A stretch of 57,916 nt of DNA, filler included, from Basidiobolus ranarum (GCA_040143965.1; 7 parts of 7 records of this genome joined end to end with filler, not necessarily neighbours in it); one strand, 5' to 3'; positions 13,173 to 24,809 are shown, counted from the whole stretch's first letter. Notes: generated by a model not told the origin, from the letters alone. A program made the numbers and translations.

Positions 13173-14477
13173 TTAAACAGCTATTTCAGGTTTACTCGAT
13201 TCTTCATCATTACATGTCTCTTTGACATCCTTGGCAACGAAGTAGGTAAAGGGAATGGAGATAGTAAATAGTGCCCATGAGATAATGAGCTGAGTAAGGA
13301 ATGCTGTCTCAACTGCATCGATTCTCCAGGCAATGGCCCCACCAGCGGATTGGATTCCTTTGTAATATCCTGCATATCTGGCAAGAACAGTGGAATCATT
13401 TGACAACGCTCCCATGATCCAGTAGGCATAGGTCTGTAGGGCAGCATCACAAAGACCATAGCACACATAGAGCAACCATTTGGGCCAGAATGAGCCTGGG
13501 TGAGTAATGAAATCGATATCTTTGGGATGATTCTCCCGAGTATATTGCAGTTGAAGGGCAAGACCTCCAGCCCAGGTAGCTGTGAACAAGATTCCGATGC
13601 CAGCAAGACCGTACATGGCTCTAGCACGTCTTCCGAATCGAGGACTATCAAGGAAGGCTCCAAGAAGGTAGGCTCCAAGCATTTGCGATCCCCAGTAGAA
13701 GGCGTTGTTGAATGATCTGGTACGAAGACTGAACAAAACTCCATTCACCGCACCGAATTGATATGAGTAGAACCAGTTGGAGGCAAGGCAGAGTGGGGTC
13801 AATAAGAGCATGTATTTGTTGGTGAAGAGCTTCAAGATTTGAAGGATCTCTGCCCAGATATTGCTGAACTTCTCAACATGAACTCGACTGCCATCATCAC
13901 GGACAACTTTCTCAGGTGGAAGTAAGGCAAGACCAACGATAGCACCTACAACCATGATCACTAAGAATGCTAGGTAAGTCGAGTTGCTCACAGCTCCAGA
14001 ATCGGAGTGGAAATTTAAGCCGAATGGAATGAAGGCTCCCATGACACCGCCAAGGTTGAAAATGATCCAGAACAGACCCACGCATCTGCCCTTCTGATTC
14101 TCAGCTGGATATGCCATCATCACCACACCCTGTGTAGTCCATAGGATACCAGCACCAATACCAAGTATTGCACTAGCAGCAATCACGAAAGCAGCATTTC
14201 CAGTATTGTTGTAGTTGAGAAGAGAGCCAGAATAGAGAGCATAGGAGAGACCACCGATCAACAAGCAGAGTCGACCTCCAAGAATATTATAAAATCCACC
14301 ACCAAAGTAGCCAAACACGGCAAAGCAAGCATACAGGGCAACATTACCATTCTTGGCAGTATTGTCGTCCATTTGGCCACCGGCACCCATACCGTTGATT
14401 ACATTGAACATACCGGGGCAGCAGAAGCAGACAAGGCCTACAAGAAGAACTTGGGCGAGAGGACTATTGTATCTCAT
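13173..14477 (-). CDS. UNC-93-like (DUF895) MFS transporter, intronless
   Basis: MRYNSPLAQVLLVGLVCFCCPGMFN..G.GAGG, LWTTQG..MMAYP, ASNWFYSYQF, ARYAGYYKGIQSAGGA; multiple TM segments; ATG at 14477 preferred over 14543. Confidence 0.93.
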   Translation of the reverse strand: MRYNSPLAQVLLVGLVCFCCPGMFNVINGMGAGGQMDDNTAKNGNVALYACFAVFGYFGGGFYNILGGRLCLLIGGLSYALYSGSLLNYNNTGNAAFVIAASAILGIGAGILWTTQGVVMMAYPAENQKGRCVGLFWIIFNLGGVMGAFIPFGLNFHSDSGAVSNSTYLAFLVIMVVGAIVGLALLPPEKVVRDDGSRVHVEKFSNIWAEILQILKLFTNKYMLLLTPLCLASNWFYSYQFGAVNGVLFSLRTRSFNNAFYWGSQMLGAYLLGAFLDSPRFGRRARAMYGLAGIGILFTATWAGGLALQLQYTRENHPKDIDFITHPGSFWPKWLLYVCYGLCDAALQTYAYWIMGALSNDSTVLARYAGYYKGIQSAGGAIAWRIDAVETAFLTQLIISWALFTISIPFTYFVAKDVKETCNDEESSKPEIAV

Positions 14478-16514
14478 TGTATTTGTGGAAGTAAATTGTA
14501 TATTCCATTGTAATGTTTCTTCTTCTTTTATACTACAAATCATATGGACTTGAATTCATATCAACGAGTTATTGAACTAAATTTGTGATTACATTTTAGG
14601 GATCACCTGATGCCACGAGGTCTTCCTTGCTCTGGAGGCTTCAAATTCTCATCTTCGGCCATCCTAGTTCGATCTACATTTAGATAATGGCTCTGGGGTA
14701 TCTTGTAATTTTATTTGGCACTTTACCCCGATGTGTGGCACCAGTATGTATTGTGTTCGATAGTATCGCAGTAAATGGGCAAGCGTTCTCGTCGCCATGT
14801 AAGATTATCACAATAGCATTTCCTTTTGAAGCATTTAAGTTACACCACGATTCCAAGATCCTAGATATATTAAAATTCGATTTAGCACTGGCTCCGTTTT
14901 TATCACTGTGCTACGTATATGCAAGCGAGATGTCAATGGCCAAGAACGATTATGGTCGACAATTTGTGGAAGAATACTACGTAGTCAGCTGCCGCACAAC
15001 TTCGGATTTCTTGGATTCTTCTCGCATTGCTTTTTCTACAGGTGATACGAGCTCTGGATGCGATTAGGAATACTAAATTAATATTGGAGAGTCATAAGTT
15101 CTCGGCGTACAAGCAAGATACCTTGCTCACGATATGTACTTTAGTATCGATAATGTGATCAAATAGGCCAACATAATATGGAGCACTTAGATCACTCCGA
15201 TCCCCAATTTGGTTATAGCAATCAGTTGGAGACAAACGGAATACAGCATAAACATCAGTATCATTTGATATACAATAGAATAAGAGTGATACTAAAATAT
15301 CATTGATGATCTTTCTCCTGTATTTTTTTACAGATTGGGCCTAGACTAAGCTCCTGAAATTAGTAATCGCCTGAGTGCACGTCAACCAGCAGAGTACCCC
15401 AGATTCTGCTAAGCAATATATCCCTACCTTTTTATCCTATCTCCACAGTCAATCATGGTAGGATTCAAACCCGATTGGGTCTTTGTAGCCAAAAGAGCAC
15501 AGTAATACACATCACGAGTGTTTATCCGCAAGCTTTGAGTGAGGAGTTGTATTGTCGGAATAACAAAATACTTATACTCAGAGAGCAGTAACGAATTCAT
15601 TGCAACTCTTTAGATTAAAACATTACGTAGGAATTGACCGTACTGCTTGATATGGCTATATACCAAGTAGTCTTTACATCAACAGTTTGTCACTCTTTAC
15701 TGCTCGAAAGGAGACGTGTGGACTAGTGGTACTTCCTTGTACTCATCGAGTTTCTCTTGCTAATGTCCAAACATAGATGCAGTAAGCCATTTATCGAAGC
15801 CTCTTCTCGGAGGGCCAATGGATTTTATTTGTCTATTTCGAGTGTCGCTTAGTAAATATAGTATTAATCTCCTTGTCTGGAATCAACTGAGTATCTGCAC
15901 CAGTTGACGGAAAGTTTTGTTGCTTATTACAAATTACATTTTGGTCCAATGATATCTCCTATATAGGCTCTATATATTCTCAAATCGAAGTAGTAATTTC
16001 AGTGGCTCTGGTCCCTGAGTGGACTAATCAAGAGCCTGTCAAGTCGGACTCTAGCCACTCCGATGATCATTTGGACAGTCCTACGCTTCGAAATAGAAAT
16101 CATTAGAGGGAGTCGTCTTGTATAGCTACGAGGCTACATTGTTAGCCACCCTGAGGATGCAACTAGGGAAACAAGTTGTTGCTGAAACAAGACCCAAACG
16201 CATTGATCAGCCAGGTAACATTTAAAAATATAGTCCGTCAGATTCAACTTCAAATAGACATTAGGATGTTGATAGTTTGTTTCGGGTGAAAACTGGGTGT
16301 TTACTTGATATCTAGTAATTGAAAGCATTCACGGGGGAATGGACGTATTGTCTTTCATCATTGTTGGGGCATGTGATTGGTATCATGCTGAGCCTGGTTG
16401 TACTTTTGATATATAGTGCACAGTAGTAAGATCACATGATGGTCTGACTCCTTTTTCAATAGCCATTCATGCAAGCTAGTGTTTTCTCAACTGCCTTCGA
16501 CTCATCCTCACTTA

Positions 16515-16614
16515 NNNNNNNNNNNNNNNNNNNNNNNNNNNNNNNNNNNNNNNNNNNNTTAATTAATTAANNNNNNNNNNNNNNNNNNNNNNNNNNNNNN
16601 NNNNNNNNNNNNNN
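16515..16614. other. Artificial contig linker
   Basis: N44-TTAATTAATTAA-N44. Confidence 0.99.
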
Positions 16615-17004
16615 CATGCCTTGTGGAATATTACTAATTCCGGCTGACCCCAACTCTTCAACTTCTCCTTGCTCAGATTTTACGCCACTACCCTCCACTT
16701 CAAAGCTAGGGCTGGACTGAAACTGTACGTCAGAATTTCCTTGGTCATGGATATTGGCATTGTTCAAATTATCGTGCTTTCTGGTAACGGTGGTGAACAC
16801 TTGCTTGAGTAGTGGAACCGACTCGGATTCGGTTTGAACACTTGCTGGCTGCTGAGCGGAAGAAGTTTGATCTTGGCTATAGTCGGTTGATTCCTCTGGT
16901 TACATTGCACTTTCATAATGATCAAAATATCTACCTGAAGGAACAGCACCTGATACTTTAACCAGTAAAACCAAAGTGAAGAGTAAGCTAAGTTTAGGAT
17001 GCAT
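16615..17004 (-). CDS. Putative secreted low-complexity (Ser/Gln/Glu-rich) protein, 3' truncated; needs a 39-nt intron or has a premature stop
   Basis: ATG at 17004 gives MHPKLSLLFTLVLLVKVSGA signal-like peptide; TATA-like sequence upstream; in-frame TAA lies inside a possible GTAGAT..TAACCAG mini-intron; frame then open to contig end. Confidence 0.5.
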
Positions 17005-18478
17005 AGTTGCGATGTTCTTCCATGTATATACTCATTCGTATATATATTAGCAAAGGCGGTTATATCAAACTTACAACATTGAGTTATTGATCAATGTGTT
17101 ATAATGTATTAATATATTAGCATATAGACTGATCTTATACTAATCTACCGAGTACTTGGTTTTCATAAATATCAGTACGAGACTGACGGTAGTATTGATG
17201 GTAGCATTGAAAAAATGACTCATGTTACGCTTATTCAAGTATATAATTCAAAGAATGCACACAAGAATGTCACAACTTCATGCAGAGACTATCTTCATTG
17301 TTGGTAGTAAATGCATGTCTGGATACAGATGGAGAGTGGAGCTGCTTGATGCTTGAAATTATGATCAGGTAACGCTTGTTGAGGTAAAGATTGACCAAGA
17401 GTATTTGCTAACTCTAAGGGTAGATCAATGGGTATAGCATTCGACGAACCTGTACCAGCTATTCTCTGTACATCATCACTCGCGTTATTGAACCCTGAAT
17501 CTGATGCTTCAGATAGTAGAGGGTCTTCAGCCTAGCTATGGGATGCATGCTGTGACAATATAAACTCAAGTAGTAAGGATATTTACTAATTGTGAGTATG
17601 AAATATCTAATGTATTATAATTAGTAAGTTATTAACTGAGTGCTGTCTATATCACCTCGCTATGAAAAATATAGGTGAGGCCAAGTAAATCTTTTGGTTT
17701 GGTACAGATTGTAACAAACATTATGCACATTGTGTAGATAACAGTCTTTGATATTTAGAAAGTGATTCCACCACTCCTTATGATACTAGCATCTGTCCTT
17801 GGCACTGTCAATGAATTAGCTTTGAGCTCACATTTTTTAAATTATGCTTTGGCTAGTAATGATTTCTGGCTCTCTTCATAAGTGAATATATGAGAAGAAT
17901 CGACTGGAGATAAAATCGTTAATATAAAAAGCAAGAAGAAATGGCAGTTATCAGGTCAAAAAAGTATATTACCCATTGCTATATTATTGATCTCTTTATG
18001 TGGCGCTTATCTCAATACATATGATAGTTTGCAACGTTACAATAGTAGTTTTACTACCATCTGACTTTTTGTTGTACTGCAAACTGAGATAACACTCTGG
18101 GATGCGGAAGTTGAACTGTAGGGAATTTGAGCTCTTTTATACACCAAAAAGGCTAACTACAAGGAGAAAATCATGGTTTTCTGATAGATGTCGATGGTAG
18201 GTTGAATATATGCTTATTTATTTCAATATAAAAATCCAAATTCACAATGGAGCCATTGAATACTTAATAACGGCTTAGTTATGGCTTCGACTGTACTGGT
18301 GATATATCTTCGAATGCTCATAATTCCAATTGATTTTGTTGAGAATTGAAAAAGTACTTGATAAAAATCTGTATTCAAGTAAACGATATTTATATCTTTT
18401 TGACTCGGAAAAATAACCCAATTGGGGTCATTTGTAGTTGTTGAAATTGAGCCCAATAGTATGCATAATTAATCCTTA

Positions 18479-18648
18479 TCATCTTGACAAAACTATAAAT
18501 GTCAATTTTCTACTCGATGAATCAATAAGTGAAAACCACCAATTCTTATTGAAAACCACCAATTCTTAGTGAAAACCACCAATTCTTATTGAAAACCACC
18601 AATTCTTTTAGTTCGAAAAATTACTTCCAACAAACCCCCAAAATACAG
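18479..18648 (+). mobile_element. Partial Copia-family LTR with an internal 20-bp tandem repeat x4 (18530-18607)
   Basis: CATCTTGACAAAACTATAAATGTCAA..AAGTGAAAACCACCAATT matches 883-950; unit TGAAAACCACCAATTCTTA(T/G). Confidence 0.88.
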
Positions 18649-18812
18649 GATGCTCTATACCATTATTGCTAAGTACGTTAAGAGTGAGTATAATCCTATT
18701 CAGTCAGAATATGTTGGGAAAATATTGTCCTAAATGTCACTCTCTATAGACTAATGCATAAATTAAATAAAGTGCTTTTCATCCCCCTATCAATGATCTG
18801 TAACAATTTTAA

Positions 18813-18995
18813 TTTCTAGCAAATTAATATTGAGCCCTGGTCGCAGCAATATGATTTGTAGTAATACAGATTTTCTAGCAAATTAGTGAAGTATGAAATC
18901 TAGATGCAGTAGCGATGATTTGCAGTGATCTTGCTATCCAGCAAATCAACCAAGTATGAAATCCTGATGCGTGGTGCAATATTGAAGATTTGCCA
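18813..18995. repeat. Degenerate tandem repeat of about 60 bp, about 3 copies
   Basis: Recurring (T/C)AGCAAAT..AAGTATGAAATC..GATGC..ATGATTTG blocks. Confidence 0.6.
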
Positions 18996-19322
18996 TGCTC
19001 CATGTGGGAAAAATTCCAAACTGCTAAAGCGTTTCATTGACTAATAATCTGAAGCACATATTGGTCAAGGCACGCTATGGCATAATGGAGATTGAAGGGC
19101 AAAATCTACTAGAGCTTGAATATAATGATTTGTTGAATGACGTCTTGAGTGCATATGTACATGAGATTGTTAAAAATCACACTTGTATTCCAAATAAACA
19201 AGTTAGATCCATGCAAGCAGTTTTAAAACGACTGAGTTTCGTAAGATGCTTCGTTGGATATATAAGAGTGGAAAAATACTAATCTCCGCAACCAACAACA
19301 TTTTAGTAAGCCTCAAAAGAAT

Positions 19323-20265
19323 ATGGTACTGATCAAAGTAGCTACACTTACTCTCCTGCTCTCCACAAGCTCGGCCATATTCTTGGCGTATGCTTCTCCA
19401 ATGGCCAATCAGCGCCATCAAAGTGGTAATAAGCCTAAAGCAACGCCAATCAAAATTTACTCTTTCAAAGATGCACTCTGGCCAGGCCCAGTTCGTCTCA
19501 CTCTAGCCGAGAAGAATATCAAAGAAGTCGAAGTGATCGAAGTGAACTTGGCTGTTGCTGAAAACTTTTCCCCAGAGTACCTCAAGTAAGATAGTGACGC
19601 AGTATTTATCTCAGTAATGATTATAACCATTCGTTCTAGGATCAACCAGCACGGCACTGTGCCTGCCTTAGTAATCGCGAAAACAACCAAGATTCTAGAC
19701 GACTCTACTACCATTACCAAGTATCTTGACCAAAATTACCCAGGAACAGAGTTGTACCCCGTCAAGGAGCAATCAATTGTTGACCACTGGATCAAGCAAG
19801 CGCACAATGTTGATGGAAATCTCTTGGCTATCTCTTCAGCCAATCTTGATGAACTAAAGCAGAAAAAAGCCTTTGTTGAAAAATTTTTGGGGGGGTCGTT
19901 TAAAGGCTTTGGCAAAATTCATGCAGAAGCAAGATACTGCATTCTACCGTCAGAAACAAAAGGAAATGCAATCGACCCTGAGTGCTTACCAACATCCTGA
20001 ACAAGCGCAGCCGTTGTATGATAGTCACAATAACGAATGGAAAAAGGCAGGAGCGTTTCTGAATCGGTTAGATTCCCAGTTAGCAATTGGCCCTTATATT
20101 GTGGGAAAGAAGTATACAGCAGCTGATGTTCATGTCATCCCATTGCTAGTGCGGTTAAAGTCAGTCAAAGGAGATGCAGTGTTGAAGGGAAGACATAACC
20201 TACAGCGGTATCTGAACAAGGTGGCGTCTAGGGCGAATTTCAAGGCAGTGTATGGCACACTGTAA
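19323..20265 (+). CDS. Glutathione S-transferase-like protein with an N-terminal signal peptide; intron 19586-19639; frameshift in the G7 run at 19889-19895
   Basis: VRLTLAEK..VNLAVAENFSPEYLK|INQHGTVPALV..DSTTITKYLD (GST N domain); GPYIVGKKYTAADVHVIPLLVRL (GST C domain) lies in another frame; removing one G joins them. Confidence 0.88.
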
Positions 20266-21068
20266 TGGAATAAATACGGGTGATGCGACAGCCTAAGCTT
20301 ACTTATCCAACTGGCCGAGATAGCTAGAATTAGACAACCAGCACATAAGTGGGATAATGAATGTTGAAAATGCATATTTCATTTTAAAAGCCATAATAAA
20401 AAATGGCTCTCATACTTGATTTTCAGAACTATTGAACTCCTACAATTTTCGAAGCCCTCAAGTTGACCCCAGTCCTAACCCTTACTTGGATATAAGCAGC
20501 AAGAGCAGCATCTGCATGTATATGTATAGTGCATATTGACTCTGCCTAGAACCTCACTGGATGCATTTACTAATAATATTGGGTATCACATTGACCATCT
20601 GTCAAGAGGATCATGTACTTCATAAGATCATACACCATCAGGATTATTTTACTCATGATTCCTCAAATTTGAAGCTAAGCTACCCGTCTGTTCTCTTCTT
20701 TGATGGCAAGAATGCATTTGAGGGTATTACAACTACTAATCCTTAAGAATATTTGTTCTAAAGTCTTCTCTCAAGCAGAAGTTCTAATAACAAATTCGCC
20801 AACCATAGTTACTCAACAGCAACCCACTTCTATAACTGCTTTACCAGAGAGATTTTCTTATTTGATTAGGAATAGTACAATATAAGCAAAAGTAAGCTAA
20901 CCCTAACCCTAAGTGATGTTCTTGACGACCAATGAAGTTATACAAAGAAAATGTGATTTTATTAATTCGCAGTTGATTTGAAGTGAATTTTTAATCCTAT
21001 CTGTCACCGTTCAACATTTACGCGAAGTTTGTCTTTGTATTTCTCGCTTAAAAATAACAGTGTCGTGA

Positions 21069-21743
21069 TTATCCAAACCAATCTTGGTTTTCGTGTTCCC
21101 TTGCTAATATCGAATTCTGTCTCTTACTTAATTTCTTGCTCTCCACTAATCGCGCATGATTCGCAACGTCGCCTCCTTTCTTCATATGGAGTACTCGTCG
21201 ATTATCTCCATAATAATCAATCGCCACAACTTTCCGTATCTTCGGACTGGCAATTAAGGTTGGAAGCTCGGTGTTCGCCCAAATCCCCTCGTTTGGCAGC
21301 AGACTCGTGTCATCGGTCATGACAAATCCCTCTCCGCTACATAACTTCGCGTACGCCTCGCTCATGTTACTGAAGTAAGTATCCTTCTGTCCACTCTTTT
21401 GGATACATCTCAGCCAGCCTTTCTCGTCGTTCATGGAATAAAAGTCTTCATTTAGTCGGCCAGGTTGAGCTGGATGCTCAACGGACGGCCATATGGACCA
21501 GATGGTTGTTAGGTCGTGCTGACCAGCATATTCCTGCGCATGTTTGGATAAACCGCTGGTGGCGTTTTTTGCTGTGCGACGAGTGTAGAAGAGACACTTA
21601 TTTTCAGGGATCGCCGCAAGCTTGTTGTCTAAGAAGAACTCAACGGTGGCATTACCGATGGGTAGACAAGGGACCTCAATCGGTGCGGTTGATACGGCTG
21701 AGGCCAGTAGAGAGACAGCGAAGAATAGTGAATACATCATGAT
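21069..21743 (-). CDS. Secreted protein with CD38/ADP-ribosyl cyclase-like (NAD+ glycohydrolase) motifs, intronless
   Basis: Signal peptide MMYSLFFAVSLLASAVSTA; PENKCLFYTR, FSNMSEAYAKLCSGEGFVM and IWANTELPTL..KIRKV parallel CD38 [29 protein letters not shown] and TFGSVEVHNL..KVQ; ORF could also start at 21779. Confidence 0.7.
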   Translation of the reverse strand: MMMYSLFFAVSLLASAVSTAPIEVPCLPIGNATVEFFLDNKLAAIPENKCLFYTRRTAKNATSGLSKHAQEYAGQHDLTTIWSIWPSVEHPAQPGRLNEDFYSMNDEKGWLRCIQKSGQKDTYFSNMSEAYAKLCSGEGFVMTDDTSLLPNEGIWANTELPTLIASPKIRKVVAIDYYGDNRRVLHMKKGGDVANHARLVESKKLSKRQNSILAREHENQDWFG

Positions 21744-22199
21744 GGCAGAATGGATCTGAGACGAAGGCTTTGCTAACATTCACTCGCCTCTTATATATTT
21801 CTTGATTGCTTCAAAAATTTTCATAAAGAATCGGAAATGTTATGGAAGATTTGTCTTTGGTGATGCATCATATTGATCTATCCCAAATAGTAAAGGCAAT
21901 ATCTGAGACGAATAGTCAAAGCAATCTCTAAAAAGATTAAATGGAAGACGGGCGTTTAGCTAGTCACTTTTTGTGAGGCTTGTGTTCCCCAGCTGTCAGT
22001 AATACCCTGAAAGTTGCATATTTTTTTATAATTCCAATTTATTTGGAATCTTTTTTGTAATTCCATTTGATTACCTAGTTTGGTTCTTTTTTATAATTAC
22101 CTACATGTGATGGCATCTATCGTGCGACTAAATACTTGATTCTCACATAATTTGCCATGTCGAATTCCAAACCTTCGCTTTTCTATCCTCTTCGAGGTG

Positions 22200-22249
22200 G
22201 TTTGCATAATAAATGTTATGTTTGCATAATAAATGTTTGCATAATAAAT
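22200..22249. repeat. Short tandem repeat, GTTTGCATAATAAAT x3
   Basis: Seen directly in sequence. Confidence 0.85.
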
Positions 22250-24191
22250 ACTTCCAGGTAAGTCTTTCTCCTCTCCGGTCCACCTGAGCCGCAGATTTTG
22301 TTCTAGGTCTGATAGTTAGTTAGAATGAAAAACTCGATCGAAGCGAAACATTGAAAGAAAAAACATACCTGAATATCCCCATCTACCATCCTCACCGTCT
22401 CCATCCGCATATTTCTGGGTCACCTCTCTTTACTGTTGAATTGATTTTTTCAATCGTTACGGATTCTCTCTTTAATGGCCTCAACTGGGTAGATGTTGAA
22501 CGTGTGTATAGTTACTAGAAATAGAGAATCGATATACGATTTGATAACTATGACACTGTACTGGTAGAAGTATATGAATAATGAAGTAATTCATGTCCAG
22601 CTAGTTGACATTGTTTTTAGTACTAGCCGTGGACGGTATTCCCAAAGACCAGCACCATTCACTTCATTGTCAGCATCAGCGCCTTACTAGCATTTTAACT
22701 CATCCCAATAGTGGATGATGATTCTTTTATCATATTACCATTGCCTTTGTTGCATCAGCAATGGTAATACTTGTCGTGGAAGATGTTAAGGCCACACAGG
22801 CTCATTAGTATTCGGATGTTATGAACTCCTGATAAATCACACAGTTTACTTGCTACAAATATTATATCTGAGCACAATTACTATACACAGTTAAATTTGA
22901 GTTCTCTAGTAAAAAATCGATGTCTAAGGTTAGGGTTAGGGCTATATATATTAATTTTGTGTTGTTTTTGCTTCATATTCACTTTGCTGGCTTTATCGCT
23001 AGTTTTATGTACTGCTTCTATAATTGTGAGTAGTATATTTACGAATCGTTTGTATCCATATAATGGCCAAAATATTGACAGAAAATTACTTGCCTCTCAT
23101 TAAATAAGTTTGTATTTTAATCAAACTTATTAAAAACTTCTAAATCTTAAATAGAACTACAAGTTCTCTACTTGTCGCTTTCCGGCTTCATAAGTGCCTG
23201 CATTATTACTGCTATTGTCACCACTATTACCAACTCTTTATTTCAGTGATATGTATGCACAGGGCAAGTGCTATATTAAAGCAGCTATTCTCCTCTCATC
23301 CCATACTACTCCACTATTCATCTGGTTTTTTGTTAAGGTAAATATACCGCATTAGTTAAGGATTTGCTTCGTATTTGATTGGATATAGAGTTCATATGTT
23401 AATGCCAATATACTGTATACAGTAACGAATGAAGGGACTTTAGTTCACAAATTAAATTCAACACTGATATCGCCCAAGTGCAGTGGCTTATTGATTCGGT
23501 TGTATATTAACTTCTGTTACTGAGGCAAAGGCTGTGGCAATGTTTAGGGTTAAGTACTTCGATGGTAAGTACTTATTGCTATATATATTCACTTCACAAC
23601 TTGTCATATTATTTTATAATTATAATTATAGCATTATAACAATTAGTATTGTAGAAGGCTTCTCTACTTATTATAACATTGTAACAACTGGGGCTTCCCT
23701 ACTTGCTATTATAATTATATCATGCTAAACATGTGGGCACTATACGTATATATATCGAGTGACAATATAGCAGGTAATATCAACATAAGGATTATCTGAA
23801 GACTGAGCAGAGCATAAGTGAGCACCAGTCTGAACCTCATATACATACATGATTAAAGGCTTATTTGCAGCTGATTCTAAGACTCGTACAACCGTATTGA
23901 AGATAGATTCTAGTACAAGGACTGATTGAAACCTTCCAAATCAATTCGAAATACAAGTACTGTGGTAATACTCTAGTATACTTCTCAATAGAAATATTTA
24001 TACAAATATGAAACAACTGAACACTATGACTATATAACAACTGAACACTATGGCTTGATGATCCGTCTGACTGAGTGTTATTTTATAACTTTACTCCACT
24101 ATAGCTGATTAGGACTACGTCATCTCAATCTATCTCCATAAATACTCGGAGTCACTACATCCTAAATACCCACCTACATTTCCGCTTTCTC

Positions 24192-24662
24192 ATGAATACA
24201 CAAGAAGCCAAGAAGCGTTTTAATCAATTAAGAACTCAAGATGGAGTCATAGAAGACAAGGCGCTAGATGATGTGTACGACGCCCTAGAGCCTGTTAGCT
24301 GTGAAAGCCTTTTTGGTGAATGGAAAGGGGGAGACTTCAATACCGGTCACCCTTGCTCGAATATGTTGACCGAGATGCGTTGGTATGGAAAAACCTTTAA
24401 CGCACTCTGGGATGCTAAACCTCTCATTTGCCGAGATGAGCATGGTAAGCTCTACTCCAATACAGAGGCGATGGGTGGTGAAGCAAGTTTGTGGATGATT
24501 GAATTTCGTGGCAAGGTTTCTGCTACCATGGTGTATGATGCGCGCCCAGTTTTTGACCATTTTAGAAAAGTAGACGATAACACCATCATGGGAATCATGA
24601 ACGGTCAAGGTTTATTTGATATCTCACCACGATACTACTACTTTTTTATAGAACGAGTATAG
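24192..24662 (+). CDS. GXWXG + DUF4334 domain protein, intronless
   Basis: GEWKGGDFNTGHP, WYGKTF, ASLWMIEFRGKVSATMVYDARPVFDHFRKVDDNTIMGIM; TATA-like CATAAATA upstream. Confidence 0.9.
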   Translation: MNTQEAKKRFNQLRTQDGVIEDKALDDVYDALEPVSCESLFGEWKGGDFNTGHPCSNMLTEMRWYGKTFNALWDAKPLICRDEHGKLYSNTEAMGGEASLWMIEFRGKVSATMVYDARPVFDHFRKVDDNTIMGIMNGQGLFDISPRYYYFFIERV

Positions 24663-24809
24663 CTACTTTTAGGTGGATGACTTGAAAATCCTCCTCACTT
24701 TATTGTTTATTACATACATAATAGTGGCTAATAAATAGTTTTTCATTCAACTGCGTTCTCTTTGGTTTTCATTCGTTTATCGCAGTCTGGATCGACACTT
24801 CCACCATTG

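Noticed and set aside
19876-19900. Programmed -1 ribosomal frameshift at T TTG GGG
   Set aside because: The downstream GST domain is in the +1 frame, not -1
22150-22560. Minus-strand intron-like GTATGT..CTAAC..CAG followed by an RWTGEE Myb-like snippet
   Set aside because: No start codon or sustained ORF; similarity too short
23533-23686. TGTGGCAATG..CATTGTAACA, possible short solo LTR
   Set aside because: Imperfect terminal inverted repeat only; no TSD and no convincing second copy
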